Source of the DNA: a virus
Strand: one strand, 5' to 3'
DNA: 64,000 bases
IMG/VR virus record: IMGVR_UViG_3300027749_000060
Span: 1-64,000 of that record
In this document: positions 18,701 through 28,353 of the stretch, piece after piece
How positions within the stretch are numbered: position 1 is the first letter of the stretch
Layout of the letters: each line of letters begins with the position of its first letter
Notes under the pieces: model-generated
Database searches by the model: none
Seen by the model: the letters and a program-made list of their open reading frames with translations, nothing else
What the model was told of the DNA's origin: nothing
Translations under genes and position numbers: made by a program

Positions 18701-21700
18701 CAGCACCCGGGCTTCTATAATAGTCTGGTATATAATAAGTATCTGACAGAGGAATAGTAACTGTAGCAGTTATAGAAGTATTAGGATTTTGATTATCATA
18801 TAAGAATAATATTTCCTTTAATTGATATCCATAGTATGGCGCTGTAGTACGACCATTTGGAAAAAATACAGAATCTGAAATCATCGGTGCTGCAAATTTA
18901 TAATTTCCAATGCTAATCAACGGCGTAACTAACTTTTGAGATGTATTAAATGGCACCGTCAATGAAATCATATCATTTTCTTTTATTGCTACTCCGTCTG
19001 TGTACTCAGACCCGTTTATAGCTAATATTCCAAACTCGGCACTCACATAAATATTCTGACTAGTTAATATAGATTGACTCATTAAAATTTCAATTTTAGT
19101 TTCGTTTTTTCTTGGTACTGTAACTGGTCTAAATATTTGAAATTTATTATAAGGCTGAAATCCTTGATCGACATAAGAAAAACTACCAGTGCCTAGTAGG
19201 GACCAATCGCCAGTTCCGGCTTCACTAGCAAATACAATACTACCATTGGCATTTGTTGTTTTAGTATAAATTGATTTTATCGACGAAGATGAAATTCCAA
19301 CATTTGCTGTACTCAGATGATTAGAGTTGTCATAAAAATATTCAATGTATTGCAATGCTCTACCAACATAAATTCCAACCTCGTAAGTAAGTTCTTTAAC
19401 TGGTAATATAGTCTTAACCAGTAAGTTTGTGCCAAAGGTTATACTTGCCGGATTATCTAATGTAAAATATTTTTGTTTTACTATTATTGTAGCGCCATTT
19501 GGTATAAATGTTGAGTTTGCAACTTCAAATCCAATTCTATGAAATTTAATTGGGATGCCAGTGAACCCAAGATTATTAACTGATGCATAATATATTAAAA
19601 AATACCCATTTGGCGCTGTCAAACTTGCCATTTGAATTTTTGTAAATTGTATAGTATATGTGTTACCAATTGTTATATTATTATAATCTTCGGTAGTAAT
19701 TATATAATCACCGTTGAATCTTTTTCCTGACACTCTGCCAAAAGTAATATTAGTAATAACTGTATTAATATATACTTTATCATAATCTGCCGCACTTACG
19801 TAAAATTCATTTACAGATTGTGTAGATGATCCTGCGTATAAATGCGCTATACAAACAATTGAAATACTAATCCTGTCTATAGTCTGTATACCGTCCAGGT
19901 AAACTTCAGTTGGTCCAGTATAGGAGTAAGTACTACTATTAAATACTACATAAAAAGAAGTGTCAACATCAGTGTCAACTGTTCCATTGAATAACAATAA
20001 ATTATTAAAAGTGTCGATTAAAATCAGTGACGTGATAGGGGGGTTAGTTATCACAGTGCTTGGAGCCAATACTATAAATGTACCACCATACAATACAGAT
20101 CCACCACTGTCAGTTACTAGTATTGGATCACCCGATAATGTTAGATTAACAGAATTAGTAAAATAAGGTTTTGTTGTAGCATTATATTCAACTCTTATAA
20201 AATTAGAAATAACATTAACATCAATAGCAATAAAAGTAAGATCAGGAGAGTTAGTAAATGATGCAATTCTAGTAGAGACTGTAATTCCCGGTCCACTGAC
20301 ATAATCTCCTACGTTTACAGATTCTATCTGATTAACAAAAACTTTAGTCGAACTGGTTGTTGGTGCAGTAGTAACAACAACATTTCCTAATGGATAGGGT
20401 TGGGCTTCTGATCCTACCCAGCGAATTCTAATAAAATTAAAATCACCCAAAATTCCTTTTTTGTAATATACCCCGGGTACACTACTTAAAGTTGATGTGT
20501 GTATATTTAAGGGATTGGTATTGTCAATTGGTGCACCAAGATACAGATCACGTGCTGCCTCAACATATAATGCATCCGTAGTTAGGCTTCCAATTGCTAC
20601 ATTACCCATTGGAGTATTTTGTCCAAAAGTTATATATCCGTCGGTTGCTACATTTATACTTGTCTTGGCAAGGCCATACATAGTTAAGTTAAACGGCAAT
20701 GATATACTATCCACTCCCGTGTCACGGCTTCCAATATCAACATCAGCTTTAATATAGCTGTATTCCGTCAGGCTACTGTATCTGGTTAATGCTACTGTAC
20801 CAGGCACAAAGAAATCAGATTGTTTACTTGACGATACTACAGTAAAATTACAATCAATTGCAGTTTCACCAATAACAACAGTACGTCTATAAATTCCATT
20901 TGAATATGCTTTAAAACTAATACCTAAATAGTCGCCTGTGTTAAATTTAGTATTTGTTGCACCTTTTGCACCGTTGACCCAATACGACAAATCTCCACTA
21001 TTAGTATAGGCTGCAATTGATTCAACTCCTAACATTTTTACTCGGATTGGTCTGCTACCAATATGACTTAATGGTCCAGTTTTATCATCAAATTGAAATG
21101 GTATTATTTTTTTAACAGTAATACCACTGGGTGCTAGAAAATTTAAAGTAGAAAACTCTTGTAAGTAATGTACCGCAAGACAACTATTATCTACAACTGA
21201 TACCAATGTAATTTTATTATCAAATGCATATTCTTTTATTTGATTGTTTCGATCAATTGATAACGCAACATTATTATCATGCCCCGTGACCCATAAATTT
21301 TGATCAAACTGTCTTGCATATGCAGGAGCCATATTTGGGGTTGAAATATAATAGACGCCTGCGCCGTCGTAATTTGTAACTATGATTCGACGATTATTGG
21401 GGTCCGGAATCGCCACATAACTGCCATCGAGTATACTTGATGGCGTACCAACCGAGTTAACATTTTGTCCCAAATTTGTTAGCTGTGTGAGGTTACCAGA
21501 ATTGCTTACATAGTATATTACTCCTAGAGTAGTAACAACAATTGCGCCGTTGTCAATACATGCAATTGAGGCAAATTTATCCAAGGCGCTGCTAAATGTA
21601 TTAAGTAATTGAAACTGATCATTTAAATAGTATATACTACCTTGTCCGACTACCCATATATGTGCGTTTGCACCGCGTTGATTTATATCAAATGATGTTA

Positions 21701-22463
21701 CTATAGGATTTATTTTTGATCTATAGTATGCGCGTCTAGCATCTGTATATGACTGACCACTAGGAAGATCGGCTTCAAACGGCAGATTATTATTAAATGT
21801 TCCAACAGGAGTCACAACTGGATCAAACGTATTAGTGTTAATAGAATACGTTCTAAAAGTAATTCTGTACATTTTTTTATCTGCACATAAAACTACTGCT
21901 TCGGTAATTAATTTATTAGTAACAGGATCAATTTTTGAAAATTTTCTATAATCAATTGGCCCGGCTGGTAGATTTACTTTAGAAATTAATTCTTCATATT
22001 TTGTATAAAAGCAAACTGCATCATTTATATGATCTAATACAATATGGTATGATGAAATATTAGGAATAAAATTCCTATTGAATCCTAGTAGTTGTTGATT
22101 ATTTTTTGTACTTTTATAGAAGCTAATTAAAAATTTTTGTGGTACATAATTAAACCATTTTTTTCTAGCATCCGTGGTTTTTACTGACGGTCTATAATCA
22201 TTTTTATTAACAATTGCAAATTCTTGTTTTAAACTATCTAGTACATACGTATAGATTTGATAACCCAAATAAGACAGTGGTGTAGTCAATGTAGCTTCTA
22301 CATGGTCACCTGCTAGCAACTCTACTACGCCAGATGGAATTACACTACCATTTACTGATAGTGTAACCGACTGCTGGATACTTAATGTTTGTGATTTACT
22401 TGAGAAAAAATCTACAGTAACAACACTATTGGGGGTGCATGCCGAAACGCTGTTGAACATCAT
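15762..22463 (-). CDS. Giant (2233 aa) putative virion protein with C-terminal tandem repeats
   Basis: Single ORF with GGAGG upstream, coupled to the downstream gene (1 nt gap); beta-rich N-terminal part, possible propeller-like region; function not recognised. Confidence 0.75.
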   Translation of the reverse strand: MMFNSVSACTPNSVVTVDFFSSKSQTLSIQQSVTLSVNGSVIPSGVVELLAGDHVEATLTTPLSYLGYQIYTYVLDSLKQEFAIVNKNDYRPSVKTTDARKKWFNYVPQKFLISFYKSTKNNQQLLGFNRNFIPNISSYHIVLDHINDAVCFYTKYEELISKVNLPAGPIDYRKFSKIDPVTNKLITEAVVLCADKKMYRITFRTYSINTNTFDPVVTPVGTFNNNLPFEADLPSGQSYTDARRAYYRSKINPIVTSFDINQRGANAHIWVVGQGSIYYLNDQFQLLNTFSSALDKFASIACIDNGAIVVTTLGVIYYVSNSGNLTQLTNLGQNVNSVGTPSSILDGSYVAIPDPNNRRIIVTNYDGAGVYYISTPNMAPAYARQFDQNLWVTGHDNNVALSIDRNNQIKEYAFDNKITLVSVVDNSCLAVHYLQEFSTLNFLAPSGITVKKIIPFQFDDKTGPLSHIGSRPIRVKMLGVESIAAYTNSGDLSYWVNGAKGATNTKFNTGDYLGISFKAYSNGIYRRTVVIGETAIDCNFTVVSSSKQSDFFVPGTVALTRYSSLTEYSYIKADVDIGSRDTGVDSISLPFNLTMYGLAKTSINVATDGYITFGQNTPMGNVAIGSLTTDALYVEAARDLYLGAPIDNTNPLNIHTSTLSSVPGVYYKKGILGDFNFIRIRWVGSEAQPYPLGNVVVTTAPTTSSTKVFVNQIESVNVGDYVSGPGITVSTRIASFTNSPDLTFIAIDVNVISNFIRVEYNATTKPYFTNSVNLTLSGDPILVTDSGGSVLYGGTFIVLAPSTVITNPPITSLILIDTFNNLLLFNGTVDTDVDTSFYVVFNSSTYSYTGPTEVYLDGIQTIDRISISIVCIAHLYAGSSTQSVNEFYVSAADYDKVYINTVITNITFGRVSGKRFNGDYIITTEDYNNITIGNTYTIQFTKIQMASLTAPNGYFLIYYASVNNLGFTGIPIKFHRIGFEVANSTFIPNGATIIVKQKYFTLDNPASITFGTNLLVKTILPVKELTYEVGIYVGRALQYIEYFYDNSNHLSTANVGISSSSIKSIYTKTTNANGSIVFASEAGTGDWSLLGTGSFSYVDQGFQPYNKFQIFRPVTVPRKNETKIEILMSQSILTSQNIYVSAEFGILAINGSEYTDGVAIKENDMISLTVPFNTSQKLVTPLISIGNYKFAAPMISDSVFFPNGRTTAPYYGYQLKEILFLYDNQNPNTSITATVTIPLSDTYYIPDYYRSPGAGIGQSYFLTRGTTIIRGILQSGNYFDLRAGDIITIENILTPASIYDVRDTLISTSSRILRISVRTGPGVIFNYINFGTLVEPYARGITYTSNPLNGSLSYAGEVFFTSNLTLTANTTVSGASLYIDTAYANLIINNVDKGKYATNVSTSDIISIRRTIVNYLDSNVTLYQVKTDTTLSSKVYIPIGNWGLQNKIITNGVIITKENSSKHNIAPNSVFNTDEIKIKIRANVDIKNSPDIKAKAPEIFLEKLKYTNAPKIKTVKISHSNNRFLAPLSIKLPGINLVKSKKIPIDLNNTYSYIMSTVAVPHAMEHFSYIKSTQIAFAKPHIISYFSIGSYTPVLPHSISYLENKGLVSKTDAITTYIVNGGYQSKADSTISYFENKGLASKTDAITTYYENKGFIAATDVNSAYFKHTVGDAKTDTVTTYVEAPLGDAKNDSMTTYIENTLGNAKTYSLTTYVEAPLGNAKNDSMTTYIENTLGNAKTYSLSTYYKQTQGNAKNDSMTTYIENTLGNAKTYSLSTYYVNDTFSAGQEVNSTQLIKEINDFNLLRDGQQIESKTTPHNDTSIQYPEIHVPFRQETRTNGLYHKIDATTEYITSEFSSNTPPEKITDVDLSIFLTPIIMHDADILGRVSPVTEQFISEFSANAIPIITQPIELKTNLAPSLESNEGNHIGRIEPAAEINEAMFSQTLYPIMDIETVLQDNLTPAAGMPSELVGPMDPILESEDPFRLSTPLVPKFDLDHLPSQILLPVMEVDTGLLQELPPQLDVDTGLLQELPPQLDVDTGLLQELPPQLDIEPSTLKELPPQLDIEPSTLKELPPQLDIEPSTLKELPPQLEAETFIIKELPPQLDVERRTMIPLISEFQAQIMYTTKELDQVSSFYTYIKIYAIGNVGDTTKYIDPATGPIGKPFSREYKYVSAAYRTRYDASIEAGKYYAADVVKVGTDYWNYRVYFDTRHFCIPKKGRLFPTSWYISGG
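16145..16438. repeat. 42-bp coding tandem repeat, ~7 copies (14 aa ELPPQLD...)
   Basis: caagttg(t/c)gg starts at 16145, 16187, 16229, 16271, 16313, 16355, 16397; two subtypes (ELPPQLDIEPSTLK and ELPPQLDVDTGLLQ). Confidence 0.95.
17128..17670. repeat. 48-bp (16 aa) coding repeat with alternating 96-bp higher-order unit
   Basis: Alternating GNAKNDSMTTYIENTL and GNAKTYSL(S/T)TY(Y/V) units, near-identical DNA in three copies of each, plus degenerate ENKGLxSKTDAITTY copies. Boundaries approximate. Confidence 0.85.
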
Positions 22464-22519
22464 GCCCTCCGATTGAGTTTAACATAGTCAATTATTAGTT
22501 CCTTTAAAATAAAGGAGAT

Positions 22520-24241
22520 TTAAATATGACTGTCTTCGGCGGTAACATTATATGTATCGTCTGAAACAGGAGCAGATTCCCAACCCATTTTAGTCAATAC
22601 CATTAATCTCATACCAGTACCATATCTTTCAGATCCATACAATGCTTGATAAACTCTTTTACCTCTTGTTGGACCGGCTATTTTTGCTCCAGTATTATCA
22701 TATCCGCCGTGTACCTCATTGTATACATCAACTTCAATTACTGATCCTGCTCCGACTACTTCGGACGAAACAGTACCTAGCATATCCAATTCATCAGCAT
22801 AACGGAATCTTGGAGTACTAAGATTATTTAAAAAGGTAACTACAAAGTCGCCATTTTCAGTTAACGACTGCTGTGGATACGGATTTAACAATGCTGGATT
22901 ATCCTCAGTTTGTATAACGGCAGATTTCTTAAGACTTGGTGCCGATACATCAACTTCTCGAAGAATAAATTTTGTGTAACTTTGTGGAGCGCCCATACCG
23001 CATACTACAAATACCGGGCAACGACTAGTTTCAAATTCAACACCGGGATTTCCTGTAATTTGATTACGCATAGTCGATCCACCTCTGACATGTCCAGTTA
23101 TTCGATCAACTGGCCGCTGAACTAGCACCCAACGCAACGGACTGTTACCAATTGATGCTGCTGTATATGGATTTGAGTTATTATCTTTATCAAATGTGCT
23201 CTGCGGAACTTCTTCTTGGCTTCCTTCCCAAACTGCAAAAAACCAACCTCTATTAGTCATTGTAATACAATAACTCATTGGATATGCACCCTCGGATCCC
23301 CTGTCAGGATCTCTATTGAGCCATATTTGTTGCATTTCTTTACCAGTAGTGGGCGTTGACTTTGTCCAATCGTTTCCAAAAGAACTTAAATTACCAGCCG
23401 GCTCGGTTTGTTTTGGCAGTGCGGCAAGGGTGGTTCTATCGTTTAATTGTGCAATATTTCCGGTATTTGGTAATTGTAATTCTGTAGCACAATGTATTGC
23501 CATTCTTGTGTCAGACAATGCATTAAAACAAATTCTAAAATTAGAACTATTACCAGCTGCTGACCTATATGATCCAACTTGAAGTTGATCTGCCAATGGA
23601 TCAACTGCTGGTGTTGATTCTAAAATCCAAACTCCCCAACTTGAGCCCGCGGCGCCATCGGCTGGAGTTGTTCCCGGATCCCATGGCACATTAAGCGTAT
23701 TGTCGTCGGCATCCACAGGTGCCGGATCTGCCAATGGATTTGCAGGGTCTGGTCCGACATATCCACCTGAACCCCCGGGCGGTGTATGCGGAGCCGGTAC
23801 AGTTTGTGTGTAAGATATACTAAATGTACGTCCCGCTGCGGTGCCTGCCGAAGTTGTTGGTTTAACTATTCCAGGAGTAAGACCGCCGGCTACTAGCACC
23901 GGTTGCGTAACTAATGTTATTATAGTAGTTGCGCCCGATGCAGGAAATGATTGATAAACATAATAGTTACCAGCTGCTAAGGTGCCAACACCACCCGTCG
24001 AAGGTGTGCTTCCAGTAACAGTTACTTTAGTTCCAATTGGAACTTTATAAGTAAACCCACCAACTGATAAATTTCCAGTTCCGTTTGCACCAATTGATGT
24101 AACTGTCATCGATATGCGAGGATATGCCATTCTAAAATACGGAATAGTATTCACGCCTTGCCCAGTCATTTCTTTCATCACATCGTTTACAAGGTCCAGA
24201 ATGCTAGTGAACCCGTATTTTGTAATATTAAAACATGCCAT
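22520..24241 (-). CDS. Putative virion structural protein, paralog of 24259..27000
   Basis: 573 aa; shares TNRGxFFxVWEG, QRPVDR and NLxTPRFRYxxELDMxG motifs with the upstream gene; AGGAG upstream of the ATG. Confidence 0.75.
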   Translation of the reverse strand: MACFNITKYGFTSILDLVNDVMKEMTGQGVNTIPYFRMAYPRISMTVTSIGANGTGNLSVGGFTYKVPIGTKVTVTGSTPSTGGVGTLAAGNYYVYQSFPASGATTIITLVTQPVLVAGGLTPGIVKPTTSAGTAAGRTFSISYTQTVPAPHTPPGGSGGYVGPDPANPLADPAPVDADDNTLNVPWDPGTTPADGAAGSSWGVWILESTPAVDPLADQLQVGSYRSAAGNSSNFRICFNALSDTRMAIHCATELQLPNTGNIAQLNDRTTLAALPKQTEPAGNLSSFGNDWTKSTPTTGKEMQQIWLNRDPDRGSEGAYPMSYCITMTNRGWFFAVWEGSQEEVPQSTFDKDNNSNPYTAASIGNSPLRWVLVQRPVDRITGHVRGGSTMRNQITGNPGVEFETSRCPVFVVCGMGAPQSYTKFILREVDVSAPSLKKSAVIQTEDNPALLNPYPQQSLTENGDFVVTFLNNLSTPRFRYADELDMLGTVSSEVVGAGSVIEVDVYNEVHGGYDNTGAKIAGPTRGKRVYQALYGSERYGTGMRLMVLTKMGWESAPVSDDTYNVTAEDSHI

Positions 24242-24258
24242 TATTATTTAACTCCTGA

Positions 24259-27000
24259 TTAATGTGGGATATCTCTTAAAACACAAACCCTAAGACCTGT
24301 ATTATATGGTAAATTAGAAGGCATAGCCCTATATGTTCTAGCTGTTGGTTCACCGTACACGCCACCACCACCCGGTGCAGTTAAAACTACATCATTTCCC
24401 GACATGCAAACATCGGCTGATGCTTGACCAATCATATCTAGTTCTTCTGAGTATCTAAATCTAGGAGTAGTTAAATTATGTAAGAATGATATAAGGTATG
24501 TATTATACTCAGTCAATGATATTTGATTAGTTGTATTCATTATTGCATAACTATCTTGTGTATGTGTATCAGCCGGTATTCTGTAATAAGAAGCAATTTG
24601 CTGAGTTATAATTGTTTTTCCAACTGTACTAGCAGTAGGTGTTGCCGACGCCACGGCAGCAGCAGCGCCCACACCTGCTGAGCCAATGTAACCCACGCCA
24701 GACCTAGGATCTATATAGTCTCTGACATTCCATGGATCTCCCTGTTGTGGATGCATGATATCTTCTTCTCTGACTACAAATTTCCAATACTTATATCCAA
24801 CACTATTAACACAAAATACAGGCGCACGGCCTTTGCATAATGTTCTACCATTTTCTCTATCAACAGGACGCTGTATTAAGAACCAATTAAAGAAACTATC
24901 TTTGTCGGTGATACTAATTGCTGCCGGTTTTTGCATGTTACTCCAATTGCCTTCCCAAACTCCAAAGAATATTCCACGATTGGTTATAGTTAATGTATAA
25001 TTTAACGGGTATGCTTCGGGACTGCCAGCTACTCTAAGTTCTCTATTTACAAATCCTTCGGTTGGTTTTAACGGATCTGGCTTTACTATTGGTGCTGCAC
25101 CATGTGCAGCATATCCTTGAGCTCCAGATGCGAGTGTTGCTAGTGTGCCTGTTGGCAGCTCTCCCATCATTCCAGCTCTATCTTTAATGACGCCTGCACT
25201 ATTTGTAACATTTGCAATTGCACCCAAATTAGTTAACTGCAATGGTGTAGCTGTATAACAATTCATTGCTTGTGAACCTGCTTTGGCCTGCTGTACTGTT
25301 GATCCGGTGGTATTTCTTAATACCTCAAATGCAATTCGATATGGTTGTAATTCGGAAAAAACACAATTTAAAGTTTCTTGGCCGGCTAATGAATATTGTT
25401 CATCTAATTTAATATTAGCGCACCAATTGGTGCCTGCGCCAAACAGATTGTATCCTTCTTCAACTATATCACTGACCATAAGAACGGCAGCTGGGTCAAT
25501 ACTACCAATTGTGCCAGCTGGCATTTGTAACGTTTGCCCAATATATATCTTAGGACGTTTTACTGTTGCTGCTGCATAAGAATCGGTCAGATTTTGTAAC
25601 TTTACATAGTATGAATTGGTTGTTGTTGTTACTACCTCGCCAAAAACACCAACACCGTCATTCAGAGGATCGACTTGCCCGCCTGCTTCAAGGATAGCAG
25701 TAAAACCAGCTGGGTTTTTTGTTACATCATCAACAGTTAGTCCTTGTCCTCTAAACCAAAGTGCATCACCTAAGTTTATTTTTACCTCGCCGGTCTCATT
25801 GGGTGCAAGAGCAACAGTAATATATGTATATGTAACTGTTTTTTCAGAATTATAAGTCACCGGCGATTGCCCAGTTGTGGTCAGATCGGGCCTTGGTCGT
25901 GGGCCGCCAACAACATCAAGGGGGAATACGCCAGTTACTGTTGTACCCGGTGGTATACTACTTCGATTATTATGATTTGCCGGTGTGTCGGGATCTAATA
26001 GAATTTCTTGCCCTACCAGTAAAGTTTTACGTAAAGTAGCATAATCAGTTGCAATCCATATGCCGGCTGAGGCCGCCTCGTATTTTGTACCATAGTCAGC
26101 AGTTTTACTGGGATCCATTTCTACGCCTCTAGGCCATAGATTTTTACCTGATGCCTCGTATCCGTTGGCTGCTCTCCACGCTTCTCTAGGGCGCGGATTT
26201 GATCCCGAACCCCACGCGCTAATGACAGGCGGGCCGTTTGAGGCGTCTGCCCAACTAACGCTGGCGATGTCAAACGGAGTATCATCTGCTGTAAATGCAG
26301 AGGGTTTTCCTGCGCCTGCAGCTAGACCAAGGTATGTCCCAGCTGACGTATATGTGTACGCTTTTTCACTAGCTGTGTTCTGTAAATCTTTGTTGGGATA
26401 TCTAAGATATACGCCGGCGGAAGTATTTATTCTGTACCAATCGTTTACTTTTCCTGATTTAATAGATATGGCAGTTACTGCACCAACTGAGTTAATTGCA
26501 TCAACATTAAATTGTGGAGGTTTTAGGTCTAGTGGTTTTACTGTTCCTGTACCAGATCCAACTCGATCATTATATACTGCTCCAGGGAAAGACACCGTAA
26601 AAATAGTATCAACCATATTGTCCGGAGATCCAAAAGCCATAAAATCAGTTGGGCCGCCTGTTGTACTAACTGCTAAAATTTTGTATGTATGGCCAACCAG
26701 TAAGTTTTGATCTGCAATAATTTCATCAGGTGGTACTAGTTCAAGGATGTCGTTTTGCTTGTATCCCAAACCACCGGTATTTATTTGTAATATTCTTTCC
26801 GCTGGATTGTTGCCTGCATCACCAATTTCGTTACCAGTTGTATCAACTATAACTACGTTAGCAGTTGTAAATCCGTTGTTTGTTAAATTTCCAACAACGT
26901 CAACCATTAAATCGCTCATATTGGTAAATCCGGCTTTTTCGACAGAATAAAAGTTCTGATCGGCGTAAGATGTTTCGTAGACTATTCTTGGTGGTATCAT
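24259..27000 (-). CDS. Putative virion structural protein, paralog of 22520..24241
   Basis: Same C-terminal motifs as the downstream gene. Start moved to ATG at 27000 because AAGGAG lies 9 nt upstream and the track start at 27021 abuts the promoter core. Confidence 0.75.
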   Translation of the reverse strand: MIPPRIVYETSYADQNFYSVEKAGFTNMSDLMVDVVGNLTNNGFTTANVVIVDTTGNEIGDAGNNPAERILQINTGGLGYKQNDILELVPPDEIIADQNLLVGHTYKILAVSTTGGPTDFMAFGSPDNMVDTIFTVSFPGAVYNDRVGSGTGTVKPLDLKPPQFNVDAINSVGAVTAISIKSGKVNDWYRINTSAGVYLRYPNKDLQNTASEKAYTYTSAGTYLGLAAGAGKPSAFTADDTPFDIASVSWADASNGPPVISAWGSGSNPRPREAWRAANGYEASGKNLWPRGVEMDPSKTADYGTKYEAASAGIWIATDYATLRKTLLVGQEILLDPDTPANHNNRSSIPPGTTVTGVFPLDVVGGPRPRPDLTTTGQSPVTYNSEKTVTYTYITVALAPNETGEVKINLGDALWFRGQGLTVDDVTKNPAGFTAILEAGGQVDPLNDGVGVFGEVVTTTTNSYYVKLQNLTDSYAAATVKRPKIYIGQTLQMPAGTIGSIDPAAVLMVSDIVEEGYNLFGAGTNWCANIKLDEQYSLAGQETLNCVFSELQPYRIAFEVLRNTTGSTVQQAKAGSQAMNCYTATPLQLTNLGAIANVTNSAGVIKDRAGMMGELPTGTLATLASGAQGYAAHGAAPIVKPDPLKPTEGFVNRELRVAGSPEAYPLNYTLTITNRGIFFGVWEGNWSNMQKPAAISITDKDSFFNWFLIQRPVDRENGRTLCKGRAPVFCVNSVGYKYWKFVVREEDIMHPQQGDPWNVRDYIDPRSGVGYIGSAGVGAAAAVASATPTASTVGKTIITQQIASYYRIPADTHTQDSYAIMNTTNQISLTEYNTYLISFLHNLTTPRFRYSEELDMIGQASADVCMSGNDVVLTAPGGGGVYGEPTARTYRAMPSNLPYNTGLRVCVLRDIPH

Positions 27001-27021
27001 TATTTTTTGCTCCTTGCCCAA

Positions 27022-27062
27022 TATTTATCCAATTGGGATTTTAGAATTATAAAGTTATTTAT
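27022..27062 (-). promoter_or_regulatory. Two tandem late promoter cores (GATAAATA) at 27022-27028 and 27056-27062
   Basis: tatttatc occurs twice on the plus strand in this short gap. Confidence 0.6.
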
Positions 27063-27086
27063 CAAAGTTAACACAGTTATTATTCA

Positions 27087-27923
27087 TTATACGGCCGATA
27101 CCCACGCATTATTAACAAATACATGTAACTTGGTTGTTGGTACAACAAATACAGTTCTTCCATTATAATTACCTGTAGTTGGTAAACTTTGAAGAATTTC
27201 TGTTCCGGGCCTACTGTCGGTAACTGCTGGGAAATAATATACACTAAATGTTATAGGAGTTGCTGCCAAATACGGTGACAAACTAGTAAGTGTTACATAT
27301 ACATTAGAATCTGGCGGAGTCTCCATATTTGAAAATATACTATACTGTCTACTTTGAAAACTACTACCATCATTTAAAATTACTGTACCATCATCTACTA
27401 GATGATCGGGGGTAGCAATAAATGTATATGGGTTATCCTCATCTTTTGCTGCTGTTCCAAAAACTTCAACTTTAACAGGTCTACTAACGCCCACCGAGTA
27501 TACAATAGCACTAACACCTAAATTTAATTTAAATTCTGATGTCCCAAATCCTAGTAAGTTATTAATTATTGTTTCGTACTTGTGTCTTCTGATTGCAGAA
27601 TCTGGAAGCCCGGGAGCCCAATAAGTAGCAGGGTCCCCGCCACCCATTGATGTAATTACTTGTCCGTAGCCTGGAATAGTAGTTGGTAAAGAATATTTTG
27701 TACCAACCGATATAGTATCTTCTGGGCCAGTACCAACAGTTAAATTGGCACTTATTTTAGCATTTCCAACTACATCAAGTTCTGTTGTAGGAGTAAAAGT
27801 ATTAATACCAACTCGTCTGCGACCAACATCAAAATATATAAGGTCTCCATCAACTGCTAAATCAATTCCTTGACGTTCCAAATTTGGAACAAGCATTGGG
27901 CCCGAAATGCGTCCTATTGCCAT
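27087..27923 (-). CDS. Virion structural protein
   Basis: MAIGRISGPML..NLERQGIDLA...LIYFDV..RRVGINT..P...LDVVG fibre-type motif; start overlaps the stop of the upstream gene. Confidence 0.75.
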   Translation of the reverse strand: MAIGRISGPMLVPNLERQGIDLAVDGDLIYFDVGRRRVGINTFTPTTELDVVGNAKISANLTVGTGPEDTISVGTKYSLPTTIPGYGQVITSMGGGDPATYWAPGLPDSAIRRHKYETIINNLLGFGTSEFKLNLGVSAIVYSVGVSRPVKVEVFGTAAKDEDNPYTFIATPDHLVDDGTVILNDGSSFQSRQYSIFSNMETPPDSNVYVTLTSLSPYLAATPITFSVYYFPAVTDSRPGTEILQSLPTTGNYNGRTVFVVPTTKLHVFVNNAWVSAV

Positions 27924-28351
27924 TATGTTGCGTATCCGTGTAAAATTATAATATTCTGACCCAAAGGTGGCACACTAGTAAAAGTTATTTGACTGCCGTC
28001 GACTGTAAATGCTACTCCTGGATTTTGAAAAACATTGCCAATATAAACTAAAAGAAAAATTTCATCACCTTTTCTATAACTACTTTTCATTGGTCCAAAA
28101 ATTACCTGAGCACCAGTTCCTAAAAATGTATCTTTCCCTACAATTGCGGCACCTATTCTAGTAACTATAGTTTTCCATGACCCGGTTACTTCGCTTGCTG
28201 TTTTTACAAAAATTTCAGGAGCAATTGTATTTTTATTAAATCTGATTAATCCATTGACTGGAGCATTTGGTCCTACTGAACTATAGCCCATTGGCAATCT
28301 GATGCTATAGCTGCCAGATTTTAATTCAGTATTTTTAAGATATCGTCCCAT
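27923..28351 (-). CDS. Virion structural protein
   Basis: 142 aa; LLVYIGNVFQNPGVAFTVDGSQITFTSVPP is a recurring phage structural module. Confidence 0.75.
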   Translation of the reverse strand: MGRYLKNTELKSGSYSIRLPMGYSSVGPNAPVNGLIRFNKNTIAPEIFVKTASEVTGSWKTIVTRIGAAIVGKDTFLGTGAQVIFGPMKSSYRKGDEIFLLVYIGNVFQNPGVAFTVDGSQITFTSVPPLGQNIIILHGYAT

Positions 28352-28353
28352 TT

